Below are positions 53,298-64,000 of a DNA stretch of 64,000 bases, piece after piece. Made by a program: the position numbers and the translations under genes. The DNA comes from Octopus sinensis. Its lineage: Eukaryota. Below the pieces are notes generated by a model. That model had not been told where the DNA came from and did not search any database. It saw only the letters and a list, made by a program, of their open reading frames with translations. Location: NCBI RefSeq assembly GCF_006345805.1, contig NC_043005.1, positions 620,001 to 684,000 on the forward strand, written 5' to 3'. Numbering within the stretch: position 1 is the stretch's first letter; the number at the start of each line of letters is the position of its first letter.

Positions 53298-55199
53298 TAA
53301 AGATCTCGTTGCATTTGCAAACAGTATAGCTTTCACTAATCAGGAAGGCTAAACTCTGGAGCTTGACGTTCTGATTGGACCAAGTGGTGTCCTGGTTGTG
53401 CATCAAGCATCAGGTTTAAATTTTATTCATGCTTTATTATTTTTGTTTGTTTGTTACTTTGGTCTACGTGTTTTTCAAATCTGGGCTTCGTTTCCGGCCT
53501 AGGGTTATACAATTTCAGCATATTTTCTTTATGAAACTTTACTGCTTTTATTCTTTCCTTTTTTCTTTTTTTTTTTCGTTTTGCTCTCTTCTGTTTTCTA
53601 TTTTTTCTTTTTAAGTCTCTTATTCTCTTTGTTTTTTGTTTTTTTGTTTTTTTTGTTTTTACCTGACACACACTTAATCGGTTGAATGGCACTTCTCACA
53701 GCATCTTCCGTTTCACTTTCCGTACCAACTTTCATTCCTGCATTTTATACTATTTCCAGATTAACGTTCTGCTAGAAAACAAAGATGATTTCTCAGAAAT
53801 TCATTGTCTTCAGCTCCCTATTTTCTCAGATTCTCAAACATAAACTGCACTGAACTTTAGATATTTTCCATTGGCTTTCGTAATTCTATTCACAGTTCTT
53901 ATTCACATGAAACCTCTTATGATTCTACCAATAAATATTTATGAAAACCCCTTTTTCGTAACGGATGGTTTCGGTCAGCTAAATGTCGTAATCTCTCCGT
54001 TTTGTAATCAAATAGAGGAGATTCAATTCAAGGGAGACATGTTTTAGTTTCAAATTGTTTTGACTTGCAAATTGTTGCATGGGATCCCTTCTCGATGACG
54101 CGTACCCTAAAACGCATGAGTTAAATCGACTCTTCCGTCTTCTTCACTAAGTCTTTCACATAACTAAATCTTTCTTGGTGGAATTTGAATATTTAAACTA
54201 AATATAGGACTAGATATTCATATGAGACGCTTGATAGCTTTCCTCTTTGTAGACAGCGTTGTATAATTAACGAGCGCAGAATAACTCGGGCAATACTCCA
54301 TTCCGTGTGTCCTCCTCTCGTAATAGAAGCGTCGGGTGGCTGTCATGATACACGGATAGTCTTGGACATTCAAACCATGCTGGTTCTTGTGTTTCACGTG
54401 CTCTGACAGAAACAGAATCCTTGCAGTGAGGAAGAAAAGGAGGCAGAGAGATGAGAATCGGCACAAAGAAGGGAATTAGTAATTTATCGATAATGAAACA
54501 ACGAAAGGCATAAGTGGCCTGAGAGATGAGATTCGGACAAGAATGTAGAGAAAAGGAAAGACTACACAAGAAATTCTGTTGCATGCCAATCCGATGCCAA
54601 TGTTTGCTAATAGTAATGGTGCAATGGAACATACCAGGGTCACTAGCATAGCTGGCGTAGGGAGGTAGGTGTGGTCCGCCAGGGCGGCACTTTTAAAGGG
54701 GTCTGGATGCGGAAAACGTAGGGGCCACCCCGGGCGGCACACATTCTAGCTCCGTTAGTGAGCATGGTGTATACGTTTCTTTTATATAATAGTAATCGAA
54801 GCACTTGAGTGGAGAAAGTATCCCGTGCTCCGTGTGGCAGAACTGATCCAAATAAAGCGGTAATTACGAAAGGTCTGTATTTCTAGGAACAATGGAGGCA
54901 GTTCTGAGAAACTGGCTCCGAAAAATCGTTTGCCGTGTGTTGGGAGAAACTGTTGGAAAGTTTCGACTCACTCGCATAGGAAAGAATTTATGTGAGAGAA
55001 GCGCAACTATTTGTATAGACCTAAAAATCAATAATAATTTATAAGCTAGGCAAAGAATGCCTACAGAAATAAACACACATGGGGAGCGCCCTGTATTGAG
55101 CCTCTTTATGTTGAAGCATCTGCAGACGTATGACAAGTGGTGAAACATCATTTCACTATGGCAATATGAAATGGAAATATTTATCGACCTCCTACACAC

Positions 55200-57775
55200 A
55201 CAGAAGTAAGACTCATGCTCTCAGGAACGACTCATTGCAAACAAACACAGGTGGAGTCAACTGCTCTACCTCACCAATGCCCTAGTCATGGAACAAGTTG
55301 TACTCAGACCAACTAGGGAAAATAACATTTTGGATCTCTGCTTCACAAACAATATAGACATTATTCATGATGTGAAAGTAACGCCGACATTAGTCTCGGA
55401 TCACAACATAATAGAGCTTTCTATGTTTGGGCCGAAAGTAGCCAGAGGCATACAGCCAAAAGGAAGCACCCGAAATCTCTCCAATCGGAACTTCCACAAA
55501 GTAGACTGGAAACCGATCCAAAAAGAGATCCGCAGACAGGACTGTCCGAAATATCTCTCCACACAATACATTGGCATGAAACTAGAATATTTCATGTCTG
55601 TTATGCAAGCCATATGCCAGAAATATGTTCCAGAGCACAAGGCCACAACAAATAAGAACAAGATTCCAAAGGAGAAGGAGATTCTCATGCGACGACGGAC
55701 GAAGGTTGCAAATCGCCTCAACCTACATGCCGCATCCAGACCCCTTTAAAAAGTAGTGAAAGATCCCGCCTAAAAACAACACTGATGTAGATTGGAAAAA
55801 GCTTGCAACAATTTTATGAGAGGGATAGAGCAGACAAAGAAGCCTGGGTTAGTAAAAACATTAAGTCAAATCCAAACGCCTTCTTTCATTACGCCACAGA
55901 AACAGCATCAATACACCGCAAGATAGGATCCCTGTTCCAAAAGGATGGCTCCCTCACAGAAAGTCCAACCAGGATCAGTGAGGTACTGAATGACCAATCC
56001 AAAAATGTCTTTATTACTCCGTTGGAACACAGACAAGTGAATCAACCGGTGGACTTTGTTTGCCGCCTCACCTATAACCAGCGAGGCAATTACGATGGAA
56101 TACATCGACATTAGCGAAGATTTACTAACCATAGATGAAGTGGACGCAAACTCAACTGATGGTCCTGATGGTTTACCAGCAATCCTCCTCAAATCGTGTA
56201 AGCATGCCCTGGCAAAACCCCTCCAGATTTTCTTCCGGAGCTTTCTTGCAAATGGCAGACTGCCAAGCAAGCTGAAGGAGGTAATAATATGCCCAGTCAA
56301 TAAAGGAAGCAGAGCAGATGCCAAAAACTATAGGCATATCTCTCTGACTTCACACATCAGCAAAGTCATGGAACGGATCGTCAGAGGGAAACCAATTGCA
56401 TACCTTGAAGAAAATCATTTATTGAGTGATACCCAGCATGACTTTCGAACAGGTAGGAGCTGCCTGACCCAGCTCTTACAACATTATGACTTGGTGTTGA
56501 GGCAGTTACTCAACAACTCAAATGTGGACGTAACATAACATGATTTCGCAAAAGCTGTTTATTAGGGTATGATATGCCACAAACTGCGATTTCTCGGCAT
56601 AGCTGGAAAACTTGTAGAGTGGTTACATGACTTTCTGAAAGATAGAAGTCAGGAAGTAGTGGCCAATAGCGCCTCCTCAACGAAAACACAAATAGTGAGC
56701 GGTGTTCCACAGGGCACTGTCTTGGCACCGCTGCTTTTCATAGTGGCCCTCTTAGATATGCCCTCAACTGCCCGGATAGCTACCCTTGCAAGGTACGCAG
56801 ACGATACGAATGTCTCGTAGAAAATACAGAAGCCCAGCAATGTTGCGCACCTGCAGCAGGAGATGACCTCAATTTACAGATGGGCTGAGGATAATAATAT
56901 GCAGTTAAATGCTGAAAACTTCCAAGCCCTGCGCTACAAACGTCCAAAACTGAATATTGAACTTACAGGGTACACTGGTCCACAGGGAATTTCAATCCCA
57001 GAGCCTAAGTCAATGAAGGACCTGGGTATCGACATGTGTTATGATACCGCTTTTCAAGTGCACATTACCAGAATGGTAACAAAGTGCAGACGACAAACTC
57101 GATGGATCCTGAGAATATTCAGAACGAGCGAGAAGGAAACCATGATGGTCCTCTGGGGGACATTCTTCTCCAGCCGCATGGATTCCTGCTTCCAGCTATG
57201 GTCACCCAACAGTGTAAAATTAACAGCGGACCTTGAAGCAATCCAGCGAAGCTTCATGAAGAAGATCGTCTCTTTGCAACAGCTCAGCTACTTGGAAAGG
57301 CTGCAACAGCTAAGACTCTACTCCCTGAAGCGACGGCGGGAGAGGTATGCAGTAATATATACATCTGGAAGATCCTGGAAGGAATTGTGCCAAATTTTGG
57401 CATTGGAAGCTACATCAATGCAAGGAACGGATCGACAATGTACAGTGCCAAATATCCCAGCAATGCCATCGGGCTTCAGGACCAGTTACTGCAACAACCT
57501 GTGTTTCGGGAGCCCACATCTTGTTTAATATTCTCCCAAAGAATCTGAGGAATCTGCACAAAGTAGATGTAGGCGTTTTTCAATCAAAGCTGGACGTCTT
57601 CCTGTCGAGAGTCCCAAATGAACGTACCTCAAAGCAAGAGGTGCAAATAAGGGTAGCTATATCAAACTCCATTCTAAACCAAGTGGCATGTATTACAGGA
57701 GGGTCTCAGTAATCAGTATAGCAAAACAGCGGTGCTCCAACATGGCCACAGCAATGAGCTGAAACTATAAAAAAT
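55200..57775 (+). mobile_element. Degenerate CR1/L2-group LINE (EN C-terminus, RT, 3' tail)
   Basis: PTRENNILDLCFTN, SDHNII, GPDGLP, NYRHISLTSHISKVMER, QHDFRTGRSCLTQL, GVPQGTVLAPLLF, YADDT, LYSLKRRRERY. Confidence 0.9.
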
Positions 57776-57818
57776 GTATGTACATATTTTATATATATAT
57801 GTATATATATACATACAG

Positions 57819-57859
<41 letters not shown>

Positions 57860-57888
57860 TATGTATATATAATATATATTTATATATA

Positions 57889-58075
57889 CTAGCATTAAAG
57901 ACCCGTCGTTGCCGGGTCATTGAGCTAGTGCATGTATATATGTGTATATATATATATGTACATATTACATGTACATCTATATATATACATCTACACATAA
58001 AATGCAAAATACAAAGTTATATCTTGATACCACTAGTGATAACAATACTCAAAATATATAACAGACAGGAATTGT
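57889..58075 (-). mobile_element. Helitron-like element copy B, 3' part (hairpin plus CTAG)
   Basis: Minus strand GACCCG-gcaacga-CGGGTC-tttaatg-CTAG; homologous to 47176-47363. Confidence 0.72.
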
Positions 58076-61000
58076 TTTATTATTACCCACAAGGGGCGAA
58101 CATAGAGCGGACAATACAACCTGATGTGGGATCAGATATACGAATTGGGTTACACAAAGATGAGTTTAAAAATTCAATGAAATACAAATATAAAATCGAA
58201 TGGGGAACAGCCCGGAAGACATTACGGATGGAGTGGGAGCGGGTTTAGCTCGGACCCCACGAGCCCCGCCTCCCCACTGATACTTTGGTTTCATCTAGTT
58301 TTATATTAATGTGGTATCATCCACTCGCAACTTTCGTGCTACATCTTTCCATCGTTCTTCATACACTCTCTTAGTCAGGCATTTTCTCTCCAGCCCTATC
58401 TTCCTTTTCAGGTGAAAGATGAAGTAATTCATCAAACCAGGGCCGGAGGTGAACTTGCCTGACCGTAAACCTTTCATTCTCGTCTTCCATATCACCTCTT
58501 TCGCAATTGCTTCTACAACGAGAAAACAATTCTTACCTTCTTTCGTGAGGAAATCTGGTGACTCAATTTTTGTAATAGACTCAGTCGACAGATGTACTCT
58601 TCGTGTGCATGACAACAGCTGTTCGGCATAAACCCACACCTCAGACACGACCGAACAATGAACAATAGCGTGCGGGACGGTTTCCCTATCCCGCTCGCGT
58701 CTTGGACATATCGGACTGTCTTGGCCACCGTGCCTTGCGAGTTTATCCCGAACAGGTAGAGCTCCTCTGTAGCATTGCCATGCCAGAGACTTCTGGAAGT
58801 TGTCCAGTGTCTTCGGCTTGAACGTACGTCGGAACAGACTGGCAAGCCGATTATCGTCGAGACCTAGGGTTTCCCCCAAGGTATCTTCACATTCCGCCTC
58901 TACCAACCCTCTATAGAAGAATGTGGTGGAATCCCCACCGCAGGCGTTGCCCGAGCGACGGAATAGCAGGAGAGCCTTGCGACACTCCGTGTACCATGTG
59001 CCCAGTTTCGATCTACGATTCAGCCAGGTTTCCCATCCACCGAAACTAGTGAACTTGGGAAACATCAGTTTTGCTAGCGGAGACCACACCCGTTCACCAT
59101 CCAGGTAGAGCCACAGATGTCTTAACCTCAGCGCATGTCTGCGCATCACCAGCCAAGGCATCCCTAGCCCACCCTTTAACGGTTGTTGACAGCAAGTAGA
59201 GCGTTTCACAAGTGGTTTCCCGCCCTTCCATAAGAAGTAGAAGAGCTGTCTTTCCAACTTGATCAACCACGAATCAGGGCAAGGAACGACGGAAAGGCGG
59301 TAGGTGACAACCGATGCGATAAACACATTGGCTACCTCCGCCCTCCCTTTCAGGGATAGCCAACGCAAAGACCAGGTCTTGGTTACTGCAGCAATCCTGC
59401 TCGATACCTCGCCCCAATTGCTCTCTATTTGGAGGTCTGGACCGAACCAAACCCCTAGCAACTTAATCGGACCCTCCGTCCAACGTCCCACGACGCTGTC
59501 AGGAGGCATCCACTTGGCTCTCCAGGTGCCGAGTTGCAAGTCGACTGACTTTTCACGATTAACTTTTGCTCCTGTCACCGTCTCGTAAACCTCTATGGCC
59601 TTGCCTACTTTACGTCGGTGATCCATTTCGGTTACGATGATTGTGATGTCATCCGCGTACGCTGACACCGATTTTCCACAACCTGGCTGTCTCGGGATGC
59701 CACTCAGTTTTCGCAGTAGTGGCTCAAGATCCATCACGTACAAAAGCGGGGAGAGCGAACACCCTTGACGAACCGAGCACTTGATGTTGAACGGCTTCGA
59801 CAAGAAGCCGTTCACCCGAACCACCGAGTCGATGTCGTCGTAAATTTGGATAATCCACCTGAGGAAGCCAAGGCCCAGCCCGAATTGTGCCAGGGCAGAT
59901 ACCATGTAGCGATGGTCGACCCTTCGAATGCTTTAGATTGGTCTAAATGGACCAGTGTCCCACCCTTGCCAGAATCACTATTAAACCCCTCTATAGTGTA
60001 TTGCATGAGATGGAAATTATCCTGAATGGTTCTGCCGGAAACGGCACATGTCTGTGCCTCCCCGACCAGACCATCCGCGACACGCGCCAATCCTTTCGAT
60101 AACACTTTAGCGAAAATCTTCAACTCTGTGTTTAGCAGAGTGATGGGACTGAAATTATCAATGCACTTCCCCTTGCTCGGGTCCTTTCTGACGAGTGTCA
60201 CTACTCCCCAGCGCACAGATCAGGGTATGAACCCGTTCTGGTGCCAGTTCGCATAGACCTCCGCCAGTAGGTGCCCGAACAAGTCTGGCACACTCTTATA
60301 TAACTCATAGGGTAGACCATATAAACCCGGCGCCTTGCCCGCGCCGCAGTCCGCCATCGCCTCAACCACCTCACCAAGCGTGATTGGCCCTTCACAGCCA
60401 TCCGAATCTTGCCCCGATAAGCGCGGCAGCCCGTCGAGGAGGTCCGTAAAGGCTCTCCCCCTATCCAGTCCGCCGCACTCGCCGAAAAGCTGAGCGAAGT
60501 GATCCTGAAGGGCCTCACACATCTCCTCGGGCTCGTTTATCAACTCACCTTGTTGGTTCGTCATAGATCGAATCGTGGCGTCGTTACCACGCTGAGCTTC
60601 CACCACTCGGGCCCATCACACGGCGTTGATTCCTTCACAACACATTGCGCGGATCCTAGCCCTGACAATGCAGCCCATATGTTTGTTCTCGAGGTGCTGG
60701 TTTAACGCCAGTCTCTTGGCCGCCACCTGAACCACAGAGCCAGATTTCAAGGCTTCCTCTAATTCCTTAACTTGAGTAGATTCCTTCCTAGCCTCTTTTG
60801 CCACTAATCCTATGCTATATCTAATAGACTCGAATTTGATGGCTCGCTTGAGGGCATACCACCATTTGTTATTAATGATGGCACCAGATAGCGCCCTCTG
60901 AATTATAGTCCTAATCCGGTCTCTGTACTCCTTAATCGCCAAAAGGAACGTATTAAGTTTCCAGTAACCGGAGCCTCTATTTTTAACCTTATCTATATCA

Positions 61001-63245
61001 AGCTTACAGGTGACCATGTTATGATCACTGTAGCTGACCAGGTATAACTGTGGACACTTAGCTATTTTTCTGTCTACTTTTCTAATTAGTATCCTATCTA
61101 AATATGACCTGGAAGATCCGTCGCTGTTTGACCATGTCCACAATGGAGCGTTCGGAAATTCCAACCTATAAGGATCTGCCAGCTCAAAGCGGCTTAGCAG
61201 TTCCAGGAAGCCAATGTTACATTTTCTATCTGGACGCAAGCCAACACAATCTACATCCGCTTTGCAAATTGTGTTAAAGTCTCCTAGCACAACTAATGAA
61301 TGCGAAGTAGCAAGAAAGTTTTCCAGTTCTCGAAAATAATCACTTTGCCCTTTTTGGTTGGGTGCGTAAATTGCAACCAGTCTGATAACTTTACCATTAC
61401 TGAACGTCAAATCCATGACGACCAGCCTACCTTCTGGGTCTGAAAAAATTAACTTTTTCTCAAAAACCCGGTTTCTTTTTAATAGGACCTATACCCCACC
61501 CCCGCCTGTAGGACTGGCCGGAGAGAAAAATCTCTCGTAGCCGTCAAACAGCGGGATAAGACCTCTTGGCCCCTCTAACCGGGTTTCTGTAGCAACAATA
61601 ACATCCAAATTACGCGACCTGATATCATTAAGGAAGCTACCTTGCTTCCCGCTTGATCCCAGGCCGCGCACATTTAAACAACCAACATAAATGTAATCCA
61701 TGACTTACCTTATATCAGTGGTTCGACTTTTCCTTTCTCTTCTTCATTTTTTTCCCTCTTTTTCTGGGCCTCGTGGGCGAGTCTGACGCAGGCCCTCGAA
61801 TATATATGGTGATGATATATCCATTCTGAGAGGGCCCACGTCATGAAAAAATTCGGACTTTATCCGTCCGTAATCCTTCCGGCCTATTCTATACAATATG
61901 TAATCATTTTTTCTTCCAATTTTTTCTACCTTGGCCATAGCTGCCAACACATTACCGAGTCTATTATTTGATGCCTTAATGGCCATAAATGAGTTCAATG
62001 TTTTTTTTTTCTTTTGGCTCACTTTCAAAGGGGTGGATTCAGTTTTTCTTTTTTTCCTAGTGATTTTTGACCACCCCTCCTCATTTTTCGTTTCCTCGCT
62101 CTTTGTTTCCTCCGCCGCCGGTTCCGCTGCCTCTGTCACCTCCACACCTTCAGGCGTCCCTTCTGGGCCGCCCGACGCTGCTTCTGGTGACACCTCTTCT
62201 GTTCTTCCACCTGGCTGAGCTGCTTCCTGCGGTTTGGGTTGGCATTCTGCTCTTACATGCCCTTTCTTACCGCAGCCGAAGCACCTCGGCTTTCTGCCCT
62301 CTACAAAGACTGTGACTCGTTCCTCCTCACTGATTTTCAGTGTCTCCGGAATCTCTTCCAGGGTTTGTATCTCTGCCTGGATGGCTATCGTTATACGCTG
62401 CCCTTTCCAATTTTCTTCCTCCTCTACTGTGGCCTGGAGGATGTTTATTTTTTCCTCCAGGCCTACCATAACTGCTACCACCAGACATATGGCGTCCGCT
62501 TCTGGCGGAATATTGTTCATTGTTATCCTTGAGGTTCTTTTGCCTCTATACAGGGGGAGGAGAACAATATTCTCCGCTTTCATGGGTTCCATGGATAGCT
62601 TTTTGGCTACCTCCTCCGTTGCAAATCTCACCTCCACCGTGCCGTATTTCTTCCCGCGATTGATGTACGTAATCTTATCCCTTATCGGCTTTAGGCAGTT
62701 TTCTATTTTTTTCTCCTCTATTCTTTGTATAGACTTACTTGGGATGTTGAAAGTCTTGTATATTATTCTTTTTTTATCAATCTCTTCTTGCTTTTGGGCA
62801 TTCGTAACCACCGTTACTTCTGTGCCCTCTTTTATCAAACAGTCTGCGTATTTCTGCAGGTTTTCAGTGTTAATTTTTTTTTATTTTCTTTCCAGCTACT
62901 TCAGAAAATTTTCTAGCTGGTGCTGGGATTTCTCCTTTCTTCGGCGACACCGCCGGTGATCCTGCATCACTTGACACGGGTGAATAGGAGATGGGGGCGT
63001 CCATCTCCGAAAACTCGCTTAACAAGCCTTTAGCACAACCGCGACAAAAAGATTTTGGTTTTGCAAGCCTCAAGTGCAGCAATAATGATATTTTTTCCCC
63101 CACGGAGGAGGAACACCAACACGAAGCCCTCGCACGAAGGCTGATTACAATAATTGCACACCAACAGACAATACAGACAAAGTCAATCAGAAACACAGTA
63201 GAATATAACGGAAGAAAATATAATGACTCACTACACACTCAATGA
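58076..63245 (-). mobile_element. Full-length Tx1/L1-clade LINE (copy B, diverged lineage, ORF2 frameshifted)
   Basis: ORF1 ~63004-61710, ORF2 61701-58301 in five pieces. Imperfect 13-bp TSD agacaggaattgt (58063-58075) / agactggaggtgt (63246-63258). Confidence 0.93.
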
Positions 63246-63258
63246 AGACTGGAGGTGT

Positions 63259-63660
63259 TAGCTCTTCTTTTTTCTCTACATTGTATACTTTATAGATAAT
63301 AGTCTTTTCTTTAATTTAAGTTTTTATTATCCATCTGGACTATTCCATTTCTGCACGCTAATTTTATTTTTAATTTATTCCCATTCATGTGAAACCACTT
63401 ATTCAATTTCAAATCATTGATGCAATTTTATACCAATTGCTATTTTTACTTATATTATACATTAGTTTGATTTTAATTATTACTTACTACATATAATTCA
63501 ATTGTTATTATTATTTTTATTGTTAAAGTGAAAGCATCTGACAAAAAATAGAGAAATATTTTTGTTTCACTTTTAACACGTAATACTGAAATAGTAGAGA
63601 AGATATAATATTGCTATGGGCTCGCTCTAGGCAAGAAGTTGAACATTTCTTTTGCCCATG
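63259..63660 (-). mobile_element. Helitron-like element copy B, 5' part (truncated)
   Basis: Reverse-complement homology to 32400-32710, with an extra ~85 bp absent from copy A. Confidence 0.65.
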
Positions 63661-64000
63661 AAACTGTGCGGTAAGAAGCTTTATTCTCAAACTCGTGGTT
63701 GCGGTGTTCAATCCCACTACAAGGAACCATGGGCATATGTCATCTAACATAGCTTCAAGCGATTCAAAACTGTGAATGGGACTATTATGAGAAGTCCGTC
63801 ATATATATACATATATATAACAATAATATTAAGGAATGGCCTTGATAGGCCATTCAACTCACTAAAACGAGCAGCCAAACTCAAACCGCTAAACAGTAGT
63901 AATTCAGAAATCAAAGGAAAATTAAAAACATTTACCCTTATCATCTTTGGACTATGTATAGTTTTGACGTACTTTTGCAAACCATCTCAATTAAATTAAA

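Noticed and set aside
54218-54632. Two overlapping minus-strand ORFs with a plausible acceptor near 54425
   Set aside because: No recognisable motif, no clear donor, and no way to choose the frame.
54641-54760. GC-rich 120-bp MITE-like segment with imperfect 15-bp terminal inverted repeats
   Set aside because: The TIR match is weak and there is no TSD; insufficient support.

Overview
AT-rich, microsatellite-dense eukaryotic DNA made almost entirely of retroelements and DNA transposons. The repeat landscape looks like a coleoid cephalopod (octopus-like); that is an inference, not a database result. The only host-gene signal is two minus-strand exons with canonical splice sites (13616-14136, 5751-5879) that look like a divergent lipoxygenase. 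Two systems stand out. (1) A Tx1/L1-clade consortium. Five head-to-tail ~1.78-kb ORF1-only units (32720-41631; CCHC-knuckle protein, no EN or RT) abut a full-length Tx1-like LINE with an intact 1131-aa ORF2. The units, two LINE copies and a tRNA-derived SINE share a ~46-nt 3' terminal motif. Two diverged LINE lineages sit at almost the same position inside two copies of a small Helitron-like element. Both LINEs carry splice signals that would remove ORF2 exactly. (2) A hammerhead-ribozyme (HHR)/Penelope system. Non-coding 492-bp and 574-bp tandem units have apparently intact type I hammerheads, sit in (TA)n and have fold-back 5' ends. There are also Penelope-like elements, a tRNA-headed HHR-bearing SINE and several decayed hammerheads. 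The rest is mariner, maT-like, R4/Dong-like and CR1-like relics and SINEs. All alignments and folds were done by eye. Many frameshifts fall in homopolymers and may be sequencing errors.
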